In this document: positions 1 through 9,596 of the stretch, in pieces | Layout: every line of letters starts with the position of its first letter | How positions within the stretch are numbered: position 1 is the first letter of the stretch | Assembly (NCBI GenBank): GCA_028286825.1 | Contig: JAQBQV010000016.1 | Location: forward strand, 1 to 59,458 | DNA from: Parcubacteria group bacterium | Lineage (GTDB): Bacteria > Patescibacteriota > Minisyncoccia > Phycocordibacterales > Phycocordibacteraceae | Length of the DNA stretch: 59,458 bases | Direction of reading: 5' to 3' | The notes under the pieces: model-generated | What the model saw: only the letters and a program-made list of their open reading frames with translations | Databases searched by the model: none | What the model was told of the DNA's origin: nothing | Program-made: the position numbers and the translations under genes

Positions 1-1
1 G

Positions 2-250
2 TACGTAAATGGGAAGTCAGACGCTGAAGCCTTTGATGCGAAATTGGAATTCGATTTGGAACTTATTCCGTACACCGGAAGCGACACATGGGTTGAGCCG
101 GCTGTGTATGATTTAAAGAAGATGCTAGTGAGTGATGAAATCCCAGCAGTGGGGACTTCTTTTGGTGGTGGCCCCTGCGAATACTGCACATACAGAGAGA
201 ACGCGGGAAAGATCCTTCTTGAGCTTCATAAAAAGAATAAGACGAAGTAG
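2..250 (+). CDS. hypothetical protein, C-terminal fragment (ORF open to the window edge)
   Basis: Frame is open from nt 2 (YVNGKSDAEAF...) to the stop at 248-250. The tail ...GGGPCEYCTYREN faintly resembles Cys-bearing C-termini of PD-(D/E)XK/RecB-like nucleases, but it is too short to assign. Confidence 0.4.
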   Translation, partial: YVNGKSDAEAFDAKLEFDLELIPYTGSDTWVEPAVYDLKKMLVSDEIPAVGTSFGGGPCEYCTYRENAGKILLELHKKNKTK

Positions 251-253
251 AAT
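248..253 (+). promoter_or_regulatory. -10-like box TAGAAT, 6 nt before the ogt ATG
   Basis: tagaat-atcggg-ATG. Confidence 0.4.
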
Positions 254-259
254 ATCGGG

Positions 260-523
260 ATGATACACGCAGTAACCTTTGCAGATCTCGTACGCGAAGC
301 AGTCCGCCACATCCCAAAAGGGGAGACTCGTACGTACGGGCAAGTGGCAGCCGCTATCGGTCGCCCTGGGGCAGCGCGAGTTGTGGGGACTATTATGAAA
401 AATAATTACGATCCAACCGTACCCTGCCATCGCGTCATCCGCAGCGACGGTAAAATCGGCGACTATAATCGCGGCGGCCCCGAGAGAAAACGCGCACTCC
501 TCAAAGCAGAAGGAGCCATTTGA
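260..523 (+). CDS. ogt: methylated-DNA-protein-cysteine methyltransferase, DNA-binding/active-site domain only (MGMT family)
   Basis: 87 aa with the PCHRV active-site motif (VPCHRVIRSDG) and the upstream TYGQVA helix. There is no N-terminal domain. Confidence 0.85.
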   Translation: MIHAVTFADLVREAVRHIPKGETRTYGQVAAAIGRPGAARVVGTIMKNNYDPTVPCHRVIRSDGKIGDYNRGGPERKRALLKAEGAI

Positions 524-579
524 CTTAAATAATTAAATAGCGTACAGTTTACTTGTGCGCACTGACTAGGAGGACACAA

Positions 580-771
580 ATGAATCTTTTGACGTGGTTG
601 CTCGTTGTTACAAGTGCCGTCGCGCTCGCTGCCTTCGAGATCTATCATCGCTATGGGCACTGGCGGATAGCGACAACCCTCGCAGTGGTAGCTGTCGTTG
701 TGATGTTGTGTTTTGTCTGGCTTTCAGTCAGAAGTCAGCCGTCAAACCAGAGCGACTTCTTTCGGCATTAG
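580..771 (+). CDS. small membrane protein (2 TM), hypothetical
   Basis: AGGAGG at 568-573 lies 6 nt before ATG 580. Two hydrophobic helices are present, and an intrinsic terminator follows. Confidence 0.5.
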   Translation: MNLLTWLLVVTSAVALAAFEIYHRYGHWRIATTLAVVAVVVMLCFVWLSVRSQPSNQSDFFRH

Positions 772-800
772 CCAGATTTCGCACAGGAGCGATATAAATC

Positions 801-830
801 CCCCGGCGTTCGCGCCGGGGTTTTTCTTTT
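801..830 (+). terminator. intrinsic terminator
   Basis: ccccggcg-ttcg-cgccgggg followed by a T-run. Confidence 0.85.
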
Positions 831-834
831 TGTA

Positions 835-840
835 TATACT
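835..840 (+). promoter_or_regulatory. -10-like box TATACT, 6 nt before the ung ATG
   Basis: tgtatatact-ggtcag-ATG. Confidence 0.4.
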
Positions 841-846
841 GGTCAG

Positions 847-1515
847 ATGGAAGTAAAAATCGAGCAGTCCTGGAAAGAAAAACTCAAAGATGAGTTTAGT
901 AAGGCGTACCTCACTGATCTCACGCAATTTGTAAAAAAAGAGTACCAGGAGAGTACGATTTACCCGGCGCCAAAGAATATCTTTAGAGCCTTCGAGCTCT
1001 GCCCGTTTGATAAGGTGAGAGTCGTAATCTTGGGTCAAGACCCATACCACGGCGAAAGGCAAGCAAACGGCCTTGCATTCGCAGTAGATGAGAACGTCAA
1101 CATACCTCCGTCGCTTCAAAATATTTTTAAAGAAATACAAAGCGACTTAGGTAAACCTCTCGTCCATCGTCAAGGCGACTTATTGCGCTGGGCAAAGCAG
1201 GGCGTTCTCTTACTTAACGCCACCCTTACAGTGCGTGCGCGCACGGCTGGTTCACACCAAGACAAGGGATGGGAACTGTTTACTGATGCGGTTATCAAAG
1301 TCCTTTCTGAAGAGCGCGAACATCTCGTGTTTATGCTCTGGGGTAACTACGCAAAAGCAAAAGGTGCCCACATCGATCGCAGTCGACATCTCGTCCTCGA
1401 AGCTCCGCACCCCTCACCCTTTTCTGCAGCCTCAGGTTTTTTCGGCTCGAAGCACTTCAGTAAGGCCAACAAATATCTTGTCGCTCATGGTGAAACGCCC
1501 ATTGACTGGCTGTAA
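847..1515 (+). CDS. ung: uracil-DNA glycosylase, family 1
   Basis: GQDPYH water-activating motif, HPSPFS motif, length 222 aa. Confidence 0.95.
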   Translation: MEVKIEQSWKEKLKDEFSKAYLTDLTQFVKKEYQESTIYPAPKNIFRAFELCPFDKVRVVILGQDPYHGERQANGLAFAVDENVNIPPSLQNIFKEIQSDLGKPLVHRQGDLLRWAKQGVLLLNATLTVRARTAGSHQDKGWELFTDAVIKVLSEEREHLVFMLWGNYAKAKGAHIDRSRHLVLEAPHPSPFSAASGFFGSKHFSKANKYLVAHGETPIDWL

Positions 1516-1573
1516 TCATTAGCGTACAGTCCGCCATTGCCCGCGGGGATTCCCGTGGGCGTAATTTTTATGT

Positions 1574-2155
1574 ATGCTGAACTTTATGAATCACACTCCA
1601 CAAATCAAGAAGGCGATACAGTTTGCGGCGCGGAAGCATCACGGGCAGTTGAGAATATCAGACGTCGATGGCCCCATGCCTGTCGTTACGCACCTATTTT
1701 CAGTAGCATTATTAGTTGCAGAAGACGGCGCACCCGACGATGTGGTTATTGCCGCTCTGCTGCATGACACACTCGAAGATACCGAGACAACTCGAGATGA
1801 GATTATTTCAAATTTCAACCGACAGGTAGCGGACTATATAGCCGAAGTCAGCGAAAAAAAAGAATTGCCCTGGAAAGAACGGAAGGTTGACTACCTTGCG
1901 CTTATGGAGACAGTGAGTGACGGAGCGTTGCTTATCGCAATTGCTGACAAGGTCGATAATGTTGAGAGTAGAAACGAGGAATTCGAGAAAGAGGGTGAGG
2001 CTTTTTTGAAGAAATGGACGCGCCCAAACTCTGACTATATTTGGTTCTACGGCGAGGCATTGAAAATCTCTCAGGAGCGGTTACCCGATCACCGCCTCAC
2101 GAAGCGCTATGGAGAAGCATTTGCACAAATGTCTCGCCTCACTGAAGGCAAATAG
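1574..2155 (+). CDS. HD-domain (p)ppGpp hydrolase-like protein (RelA/SpoT hydrolase domain only, small alarmone hydrolase type)
   Basis: HHGQLR...THLFSVA...AALLHDTLEDT matches the SpoT/Mesh1 HD hydrolase signature. There is no synthetase domain. Confidence 0.75.
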   Translation: MLNFMNHTPQIKKAIQFAARKHHGQLRISDVDGPMPVVTHLFSVALLVAEDGAPDDVVIAALLHDTLEDTETTRDEIISNFNRQVADYIAEVSEKKELPWKERKVDYLALMETVSDGALLIAIADKVDNVESRNEEFEKEGEAFLKKWTRPNSDYIWFYGEALKISQERLPDHRLTKRYGEAFAQMSRLTEGK

Positions 2156-4117
2156 TTACCAAATCTTTGCGCGGTCTTTTGGCTCTCGATAGAGCTTGTG
2201 ACCTTTCTTAACACCGAATGCTTCGTAAAATTCCGGCAAATTTGACATCGGTCCGTTCACACGGAAGATGCCGGGTGAGTGAGGGTCCGTCAAAACGGCG
2301 GTCTTCGTGGCCTCTATTCGCTCGTTCTCGCGTTCAGTAGCTGCGTAGCCATAGAAGAAACGTTGCTCAGGAGTATAGCCGCCAATGTCTTTTCGCCCGG
2401 TTCGTGCTAGGCGCAACTGATACGCGTCGTACGCGATTGAGAGGCCCCCAAGGTCGGCGATGTTCTCACCGAGCGTGAGCTGGCCATTTACACTAACTCC
2501 TGGCGCAACTGAATAGGTATTAAATTGGTCAATAAGTTTCTTCGCCTTTTTCGTAAAAAGCTTTGTGTCGGTTGGGGTCCACCAGGTTTTACGATTGCCA
2601 TGACCATCAAACTTACAGCCCTGATCGTCAAAGCCGTGGGTAATCTCATGCCCGATTACTGAACCAATTGCACCGTAGTTAAACCCATCGTCTGCGAGCA
2701 CGTCAAAAAATGGAGGCTGGAGAATTGCCGCAGGGAAGACGACATCGTTCATCATAAAGCTGCAGTAAGCATTGACCGTTTGTGGACTCATAAACCACTC
2801 ATTGTGGTCCACTGGTTTCAAGAGGCGCTTAGATTCGCGTCTGTGCTCATAGTCGCTTACGCGAATGAGGTTGCCGACATAGTCGCCCTCTTTGATCGAG
2901 AGTCCTTTGTAGTTCTTCCATTTGTCTGGGTACCCGAGCTTCTTGTGCATTTGATGAAGCTTAATGACGGCCTTCTTTTTGGTCGCAGGCGTCATCCAAT
3001 CGAGGCCGCTAATGCGTGCCTCGTATGCTGTAAATAGATCGTCTACAATCTCAGAGACCTTCTGCTTAGCGTCTTTTGGGAAATAGGTGTCAACATAGAG
3101 TTCTCCAAATACTTCGTCGAGGCTTCCATTAACGACGCGTAGAATGCGCCGCCACAGCGGCTTCATGTGCTTCGTTCCGGAAAGGACAGTGCCATAAAAG
3201 GCAAAACTCTCCTTTTCGAGCGATGGCGTCAGCGCCGACGAAAAATCGCTTATCAAATGGGTGAAGAGATATGTCTTCCACTCTTCGAGTGAGAACGTAT
3301 ATAAGTATTTTTCAGCCGCTTTAAAAAAAGCGGGCTGCATAACAATCATCTCAGTCGGGGTAATGCCCAGAATTTTGAAGTAGTCATCCCAATCAATCTT
3401 TGCGGTCAGCTTTTTGAGTTGGGGAAGCGTCTTCTTAAGATACACCTTATCCACATCTCGAAGATCTTCCTTAGACATAGAGCCTTTGGCAAGTGTTTCT
3501 TCAATTTTATAGACGATTTCAGCGTCGGTTTTTGCGGACGCACGACGCCCTGCCAAAGTAAGTAGGTTCACTAGATATTTTTGATACGCTTCACGCACCC
3601 GAGTTGATTCGGCATCATTCTTGAGATAATAGTCTCGATCGGGCATACCGAGGCCACCTTGACCCATATAGATAATGTACTTCTCGCTATTTCTCATATC
3701 CTGATCAATGCCCGTGCCCCAGATTCCACCACTGCCTATGCGTGAAAGATGCGCGACTCGACGGACAATGTCCGCAGGAGTTTTGATCGCTTCAATCTTC
3801 CTAATCTCTTCGGCAAGCGGAGTGATCCCAAGTGCTTTACGAGTCGTTACGTCGACTCCCGCACGATAGAGGTCACGAATCATTTGTTCAGGAGTACCCT
3901 GAACAACCTTCTTCTTTTCGACCACGGTCATAAGCAGTTCTTGTAGCTGCTTGTCAGTGGTATGACGAAGAATAGTGAACGAGCCCCACCGAGCCTCCGC
4001 CTTCGGGATAGGATTACGCTTGAGCCAACCGCCACTCGCGTGATGAAAAAAGTCGTCCTGCGGCCGAACCTTAGGGTCGATATCGCGCGTATCAAAGCCA
4101 AGTCTTTTAGTACTCAT
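2156..4117 (-). CDS. pepO: M13 family zinc metallopeptidase (PepO / neprilysin-like)
   Basis: HEITHGFD (HExxH) plus ENIADLGG and the NAY... motifs typical of M13. Start is placed at MSTKRLGFD (ATG 4117); the longer ORF to 4228 has no support. Confidence 0.9.
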   Translation of the reverse strand: MSTKRLGFDTRDIDPKVRPQDDFFHHASGGWLKRNPIPKAEARWGSFTILRHTTDKQLQELLMTVVEKKKVVQGTPEQMIRDLYRAGVDVTTRKALGITPLAEEIRKIEAIKTPADIVRRVAHLSRIGSGGIWGTGIDQDMRNSEKYIIYMGQGGLGMPDRDYYLKNDAESTRVREAYQKYLVNLLTLAGRRASAKTDAEIVYKIEETLAKGSMSKEDLRDVDKVYLKKTLPQLKKLTAKIDWDDYFKILGITPTEMIVMQPAFFKAAEKYLYTFSLEEWKTYLFTHLISDFSSALTPSLEKESFAFYGTVLSGTKHMKPLWRRILRVVNGSLDEVFGELYVDTYFPKDAKQKVSEIVDDLFTAYEARISGLDWMTPATKKKAVIKLHQMHKKLGYPDKWKNYKGLSIKEGDYVGNLIRVSDYEHRRESKRLLKPVDHNEWFMSPQTVNAYCSFMMNDVVFPAAILQPPFFDVLADDGFNYGAIGSVIGHEITHGFDDQGCKFDGHGNRKTWWTPTDTKLFTKKAKKLIDQFNTYSVAPGVSVNGQLTLGENIADLGGLSIAYDAYQLRLARTGRKDIGGYTPEQRFFYGYAATERENERIEATKTAVLTDPHSPGIFRVNGPMSNLPEFYEAFGVKKGHKLYREPKDRAKIW

Positions 4118-4221
4118 TTGCCTTATCTTATACTGCCCGAACCTTTCTGTGAACTTATTTGATTTTCTCAAGTTACAGGAGTAGATTTCAATCGGACTCA
4201 ACACATGAGCTGGAGGACGAC

Positions 4222-4731
4222 GTGTCAAAAAAATGTAAGTGGTGCGCCAGGTGTGTAAAACTTCACACTCTGCCTATTATCGATTGCTCTGCGAACACAA
4301 GCAAAAGTCGCGAGCTCCCTGCACATTTGAAGCTGTGTTTAGAATGCCTCGATCAATACGGCTTCGCGTGCGGCATACACAAGCGAATCAAACTCTGCGT
4401 TTACGATAACAATCACGACAATGATCCCGCTGCGCTGTCGCTCTTTCATGTATGTTTAGACTGCGTAAAAGATTCACTTGATGAGCTCAATCACGAGCAA
4501 TTGATAGCGGTCATTGATAAGGTCTATTCCTGCGATCCAGAAATTGCAGACACACTGGCTTCAGAAAGGAAGTTTGGTGTACCCGACGAATCAACTTTTG
4601 AGCGCCGCGTTCTCTACAACTTACTAGTCTCTGCGCAGCTTGAGGACACATCGATCGAAGACCTCCTTTCTCGAATGGAACAGTTAGCGGAAAGTGCCGA
4701 AACTCAAGAGGCAGCTCCGACGTTTGAATGA
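4222..4731 (+). CDS. Cys-rich hypothetical protein (several CxxC pairs, acidic C-terminus)
   Basis: The open frame has no in-frame ATG near its 5' end. GTG 4222 is preceded by GGAGG 6 nt upstream. CxxC pairs (CKWCARC, CLEC, CLDC) suggest zinc binding. A terminator follows. Confidence 0.5.
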   Translation: MSKKCKWCARCVKLHTLPIIDCSANTSKSRELPAHLKLCLECLDQYGFACGIHKRIKLCVYDNNHDNDPAALSLFHVCLDCVKDSLDELNHEQLIAVIDKVYSCDPEIADTLASERKFGVPDESTFERRVLYNLLVSAQLEDTSIEDLLSRMEQLAESAETQEAAPTFE

Positions 4732-4747
4732 TCGGTACTCGTCGCTC

Positions 4748-4775
4748 AGCCCTGCTTTGCGGGGCTTCGTTTTTT
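4748..4775 (+). terminator. intrinsic terminator
   Basis: agccctgc-ttt-gcggggct followed by tcgtttttt. Confidence 0.65.
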
Positions 4776-4800
4776 ATGAAGATTGCGGTACTCTTTTTAT

Positions 4801-6672
4801 ATGACTGTGAACGAGGTACGCTCTAAATATTTAGCCTTTTTTGAAAAGCGCGGACATGCGGTGATCCCGTCTGCGCCGATCGTGCCTGAGAACGACCCAA
4901 CGACTCTCTTCACGAGTAGCGGGATGCAGCCACTTGTCCCCTATCTGCTTGGTCAGGAACACCCCAAGGGTACGCGACTTGTCGATTCGCAGCTCTCCTT
5001 TCGGGCGGGCGATATAGAAGAAGTGGGGGACAATCGGCACACTACGTTCTTTGAGATGCTTGGGAACTGGTCCTTAGGTGACTATTTCAAGCAGGAGCAA
5101 CTTCCGTGGATATTCGAATTCTTAACGAGTAGAGAAGAAGGTCTTGGCTTTGATCCTCAAAAGCTATACGTGACTGTTTTTGACGGTGATAAAGACGCGG
5201 GGATGGATCTTGATACTGAAGCGGTAATGATTTGGGAAAGGCTGTACAAAGAGAGAGACATTGACGCAAAACTTGTTCGGATTGGTACTGAAGAGGAAGG
5301 CTATGAGAAAGGTATGCAGGGAGGCCGCATCTTTTCCTATGGAGCTAAGAAAAACTGGTGGAGCCGTTCAGGAATCCCCGCAAATATGCCCCCCGGCGAG
5401 CCAGGCGGTCCGGATTCTGAAATCTTTTACGACTTCGGGACTCCGCACGATCCAAGATGGGGTAAAGAGTGCCACGTAAACTGCGACTGCGGTCGCTTTG
5501 TTGAGATCTGTAACTCAGTGTTTATGCAATTTGTGAAGAACGTCGATGGCACTTTTAGTGAGTTGCCGAAAAGAAATGTCGACTTCGGCGGGGGTCTTGA
5601 ACGCCTTACAGGCACGAGCCTTAGTACCTCTGACGTATTTCTTGTTGATGTGTTTGATGCTCCAAAAAAGGTTCTCGAAGAACGATCTGGTAAAAAATAT
5701 GGCGAAAGTGACGGCATAACAAAGTCCTATCGTATTATTCTTGACCATACCCGAGCCGCAGCATTCTTCGTTGCCACTGGTATTCGACCAGGTAATTCAG
5801 AGCAAGGGTATATACTACGACGTCTCATTCGCCGATCACTCCGAGAGGCAGACAAACTGGGTATTACAGAGCCTGTTCTTGCTGATGTTGCTGCCGGTTT
5901 TAGCGGCGTGTATGCCGAAGGGTATCCTTTTGTGCAAGCTGCTGCGCAGATCATTCGCCTAGAACTCGAGAGAGAAGAAGCTCAATTCAGAAAGACGCTC
6001 ACCAACGGTCTGCGCGAGCTTGAGAAGATGGGAGACACAATCGATGCGTTCACTCTCTTTACCACCTATGGTTTTCCCGTTGAACTCACGGCAGAAATTG
6101 CTGCGGAGAAAGGGATTGGAGTGGACTTCGAAGCAATCGAGAAGCAGATGGAACAGCACCAGGCACTTTCTCGAGCGGGAGCAGCGCAAAAATTCGCTGG
6201 AGGGCTAGCAGACCACGCCGAGCAGACGGTGCGCTACCACACTACTCACCACATTCTTCTTAAGGCACTCCAGATGGTACTCGGGCCCGATGTCCACCAG
6301 CGGGGAAGCAACATCACAAGCGAGCGGCTTCGCCTCGATTTCTCTTTCGGTCGAAAAGTGACCGCTGAAGAGATTCAAAAAGTAGAGGAAATAGTTAATA
6401 CGAAGATCAAAGAGCAGATTCCTGTTATTCGCACCGATATGCCTAAGGCAGAAGCGGATAAGCTTGGTGCCGAACAAGAGTTTGGTGCGAATTATCCGGA
6501 CACTGTCTCGGTCTATTCTGTCGGCCCCCTTGAGAGCGCTTTTTCTATCGAGTTCTGTGGCGGGCCGCACGTGTCAAACACAAGCGACCTCAAAGGCACC
6601 TTTAAAATACTTAAAGAAGAAGCCTCTTCTGCCGGTGTTCGCCGAATTAAAGCGATCCTTGAAAACAAATAG
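4801..6672 (+). CDS. alaS: alanine--tRNA ligase, short form lacking the C-Ala domain
   Basis: The N-terminus MTVNEVRSKYLAFFEKRGH is typical of AlaRS. Editing-domain ligands HTTHH and CGGPH are present. The protein ends about 35 aa after CGGPH. Confidence 0.95.
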   Translation: MTVNEVRSKYLAFFEKRGHAVIPSAPIVPENDPTTLFTSSGMQPLVPYLLGQEHPKGTRLVDSQLSFRAGDIEEVGDNRHTTFFEMLGNWSLGDYFKQEQLPWIFEFLTSREEGLGFDPQKLYVTVFDGDKDAGMDLDTEAVMIWERLYKERDIDAKLVRIGTEEEGYEKGMQGGRIFSYGAKKNWWSRSGIPANMPPGEPGGPDSEIFYDFGTPHDPRWGKECHVNCDCGRFVEICNSVFMQFVKNVDGTFSELPKRNVDFGGGLERLTGTSLSTSDVFLVDVFDAPKKVLEERSGKKYGESDGITKSYRIILDHTRAAAFFVATGIRPGNSEQGYILRRLIRRSLREADKLGITEPVLADVAAGFSGVYAEGYPFVQAAAQIIRLELEREEAQFRKTLTNGLRELEKMGDTIDAFTLFTTYGFPVELTAEIAAEKGIGVDFEAIEKQMEQHQALSRAGAAQKFAGGLADHAEQTVRYHTTHHILLKALQMVLGPDVHQRGSNITSERLRLDFSFGRKVTAEEIQKVEEIVNTKIKEQIPVIRTDMPKAEADKLGAEQEFGANYPDTVSVYSVGPLESAFSIEFCGGPHVSNTSDLKGTFKILKEEASSAGVRRIKAILENK

Positions 6673-6740
6673 AGTTCTGGCATAGTTGCTCAGAGGTTAG
6701 ACTGTTCCTTTGAGCAGCGCCCTTACAAAGGAGTGGGATC

Positions 6741-7118
6741 ATGAATCGCTACTTTCCATTGCTCGCCGTTGCGTTGATGTACCTCATGATCCGAATCGGA
6801 CATGGTTTTGGGACAAGGATCCGCAATGAAACGGATTGGACGGATGTAGATATTGTTTTTTTCCTTCTACAGACTGGCAGCATCGCGGCAATTACAGGAA
6901 TTATTGCGTATGGTGTGTTCCATGAACTGCGGCACGCCGTGGTGCGCCGACTGTTTGTTGGACTTACGCCAAGCGCAATGCTTTTCATTTGTGCTGGATT
7001 TTCGTCGGCATTCCCGATGAATCCCTATTTCGGCGCGACGATCTTTTTCATGATTGCAGGTACTATCGTACTCATGCGATTGGGTCAAAGAAATATGACT
7101 CTCGACTTCAACGAGTGA
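6741..7118 (+). CDS. integral membrane protein, hypothetical
   Basis: AAGGAG lies 7 nt upstream of the ATG; about 4 predicted TM helices. Confidence 0.55.
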   Translation: MNRYFPLLAVALMYLMIRIGHGFGTRIRNETDWTDVDIVFFLLQTGSIAAITGIIAYGVFHELRHAVVRRLFVGLTPSAMLFICAGFSSAFPMNPYFGATIFFMIAGTIVLMRLGQRNMTLDFNE

Positions 7119-7188
7119 ATCGAGATCAGTTACACATCCCGGTTTCGACCGGGATGTTATTTTTAGTGCAATTGGAAGATAAAAGCAG

Positions 7189-7197
7189 TGCTAGAAT
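7189..7197 (+). promoter_or_regulatory. extended -10 TGcTAGAAT, 6 nt before ATG 7204
   Basis: Read directly from the sequence. Confidence 0.5.
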
Positions 7198-7203
7198 ATT
7201 TAC

Positions 7204-8241
7204 ATGAGTTTCTTTGCGGATTTTTTTCACAAAGTAGACAAGACTGATTCAGTCATTTTGATCGACATCAGTACAGGTTCAATTGCGGGTGCCTATGTGC
7301 AGAACAAAAAGGGAGCGCTCCCAGCACTGCTTTATTCACGCCGCATGCCTATCGAAATGAGAGAAGGGGAGGCACATGAGGCCGCTATGCTCCGTGCACT
7401 CAAAGTTCTCAGTGAGTCGCTTTTGAGGGAAGGTGCGCCTGTGCTAGCGCGAGCTACCGGAAGTGGCGCAGCAAATTCGATCCTCGTCTCTATCGATGCG
7501 CCTTGGCAAAAAACAATCGTACGCATGGAGGAACACGAAGAGAAGCCATCTTTCGTTTTCTCTAGAGGGCTCGTGGCAGATATAGTGAAAAAAACTGACT
7601 CGAAAGCGCTTGATACTCAATACGCTGACGAGAGTATCATCGGGACCATGCTTAACGGCTATCAGACGAGTAATCCCTACGGTAAGCGAGCACATCGCGC
7701 TCAGATAGTGATCCTTACCTCACGTATCGACACCCGGGTTGCTAAAGGGATTATCGCGACTCTTCAAGCGACATATCACACCAAGAAGATTCTCCCCATC
7801 GCAGGCGATTCAATGCGCTATCAGGTGCTGCGCACGCTCTTCCCCTACGAGAAGAGCGCACTGCTTATCGACGCGACAAGCCCACTCACTACCGTTGCTC
7901 TCGTAAACAAGGGGCTTTTTATCTGCGTCGACGCACTACCAGTCGATGATAAGCAGCCCTGGATAGACCGAGTCGTGAAGCAGTTCTCAGAGCTCGGTAC
8001 ACGTTATCCACTCCCAAGAACGATTTTTTTACTAGCGCGCGACCCTGAAAGCGTTGACATGCAAAAGGCCCTTAGTGAGGCCAATCTGGGAAAGCTCTGG
8101 CTTTCAGATACGCCGCCAAGAATAGTCGCCGTAGTCCCAAGCCATTTAAGTGAATTTGTGAAGCAGGTCACTACAGCACCGCCGGATCTATCGCTTTTGT
8201 TTATGGCGATCTATTGGCAGAATCGCAGCCTTGAGAAGTAG
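7204..8241 (+). CDS. hypothetical protein, possibly a degenerate actin-fold (FtsA/PilM-like ASKHA) protein
   Basis: ILIDISTGSIAGAYV near the N-terminus and LLIDATSPLTTVALV at about aa 220 resemble the phosphate-1/phosphate-2 strands of ASKHA ATPases. This is a weak, motif-level call only. Confidence 0.5.
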   Translation: MSFFADFFHKVDKTDSVILIDISTGSIAGAYVQNKKGALPALLYSRRMPIEMREGEAHEAAMLRALKVLSESLLREGAPVLARATGSGAANSILVSIDAPWQKTIVRMEEHEEKPSFVFSRGLVADIVKKTDSKALDTQYADESIIGTMLNGYQTSNPYGKRAHRAQIVILTSRIDTRVAKGIIATLQATYHTKKILPIAGDSMRYQVLRTLFPYEKSALLIDATSPLTTVALVNKGLFICVDALPVDDKQPWIDRVVKQFSELGTRYPLPRTIFLLARDPESVDMQKALSEANLGKLWLSDTPPRIVAVVPSHLSEFVKQVTTAPPDLSLLFMAIYWQNRSLEK

Positions 8242-8269
8242 GTAACATTGCAAAGAGTTGAGGACAGGG

Positions 8270-8278
8270 TGATATACT
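8270..8278 (+). promoter_or_regulatory. extended -10 TGaTATACT, 9 nt before ATG 8288
   Basis: Read directly from the sequence. Confidence 0.45.
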
Positions 8279-8287
8279 AGAGCACAT

Positions 8288-9526
8288 ATGCGCACCTTTA
8301 ATGACATTGTTCCTCCGTCTCGTAGAAAAGAGGTCGTACCACTTTCAACGGACTCAAACTTTAATCGACCTAGCTTGCCACCTCAGCAGGGAGTGGTGCG
8401 CGGGCCTGAACGACCAACTCGTTTTCCGTATGCAACGCTTGCAGCCGTGATTCTCGTAATCATTTTGTCTGCCGGCATTTTGTTCTATTTCTCAAGCGCA
8501 AAGGTGGAAATCACCCCAACTACCGTGTCAGCAGCAGTTCAAAGCTCGTTTACGGCAAACACCTCGGGTAGTGCATTACCTTTTCAAGTAATCACCGCAC
8601 AAAAGGTCGCGTCTCAGAGTGTAAAAGGGAGTGGTACCAAGACAGTCAACACAGTAGCTAGTGGCACAATCACCATCTACAACACCCAAGCAAAGCCACA
8701 ACCGCTCGTAGTCAAGACCCGGTTTGCAACTCCTGCTGGGCTTATCTTTCACTTAAGTTCAGGCGTTACCGTGCCTGCCGGAACTCTCGCGTCTCCCGGG
8801 AAGATAACCGCCAAGGTCTATGCGGATCAGGCTGGCGGCTCGTACAATGTCGCGCCGACCAACTTCACGGTCCCTGGCTTTACGGGCTCACCTCAAGAGA
8901 AGGCCGTTTATGCCAAATCAACTTCTGCTATGACTGGCGGCGCATCGGGTACAGTCCCAGTCGTTGATGCTGCTACGGCAACTAAGACCAACGATACACT
9001 CATCAAAGCGCTTACACCCGGTCTTCTTGAAAGCATCCAAAGTCAGGTTCCAGCAGGCTTTGTGATTATTCCAGGCTCGGCAACGACGACCTTCCAAGAG
9101 CTTGCAGCAACTCCTTCAAGCACAAGCGACATGGTTGACATGAAGCAGCAGGGTACAGTGACCGCCATCGTCTTCCCTAATAGCGCTCTTGCGAAAGCAA
9201 TCGCTACCTCAGTATCAGGACTAAACTATCAAGGCGAACCGGTAACCCTCGCTTCTTCAAGCAACCTCGCCCTTACCTCCGCAATGGTTCCCGATTCTTC
9301 TGCTAGTACCTACTCCTTTACGCTTAGTGGCACAGCGGCGCTAATCTACACGGTAGACACTAGTCGCATTGCAGCTGCTGTGAGCGGCAAAAGCCGCTCA
9401 GCGGCCGAGGTTGCTCTTACTAACTACCCTGAAGTAAAGCGAGCAATCATCATTTTGAGACCTTTTTGGCGCAGTTCCTTCCCCCAAGACCCAGCATCGA
9501 TCTCCGTCGTCGTCAATAATCCTTAG
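8288..9526 (+). CDS. membrane-anchored protein with a large Thr/Ser/Ala-rich beta-type ectodomain, hypothetical
   Basis: Short basic N-terminus, a single TM (LAAVILVIILSAGILFYF), then about 340 aa of low-charge, beta-rich sequence. Confidence 0.55.
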   Translation: MRTFNDIVPPSRRKEVVPLSTDSNFNRPSLPPQQGVVRGPERPTRFPYATLAAVILVIILSAGILFYFSSAKVEITPTTVSAAVQSSFTANTSGSALPFQVITAQKVASQSVKGSGTKTVNTVASGTITIYNTQAKPQPLVVKTRFATPAGLIFHLSSGVTVPAGTLASPGKITAKVYADQAGGSYNVAPTNFTVPGFTGSPQEKAVYAKSTSAMTGGASGTVPVVDAATATKTNDTLIKALTPGLLESIQSQVPAGFVIIPGSATTTFQELAATPSSTSDMVDMKQQGTVTAIVFPNSALAKAIATSVSGLNYQGEPVTLASSSNLALTSAMVPDSSASTYSFTLSGTAALIYTVDTSRIAAAVSGKSRSAAEVALTNYPEVKRAIIILRPFWRSSFPQDPASISVVVNNP

Positions 9527-9533
9527 GGTCTAT

Positions 9534-9562
9534 TTGACGGCGTTACAGACACCTGCTACATT
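9534..9562 (+). promoter_or_regulatory. sigma70-like promoter TTGACG-17-TACATT for infA-rpmJ-rpsM...
   Basis: Hexamers and spacing were read directly. It would give a leader of about 28 nt without a Shine-Dalgarno motif. Confidence 0.55.
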
Positions 9563-9596
9563 AACTAGGTACCTGCATGGGTAAAACGAACACTAA

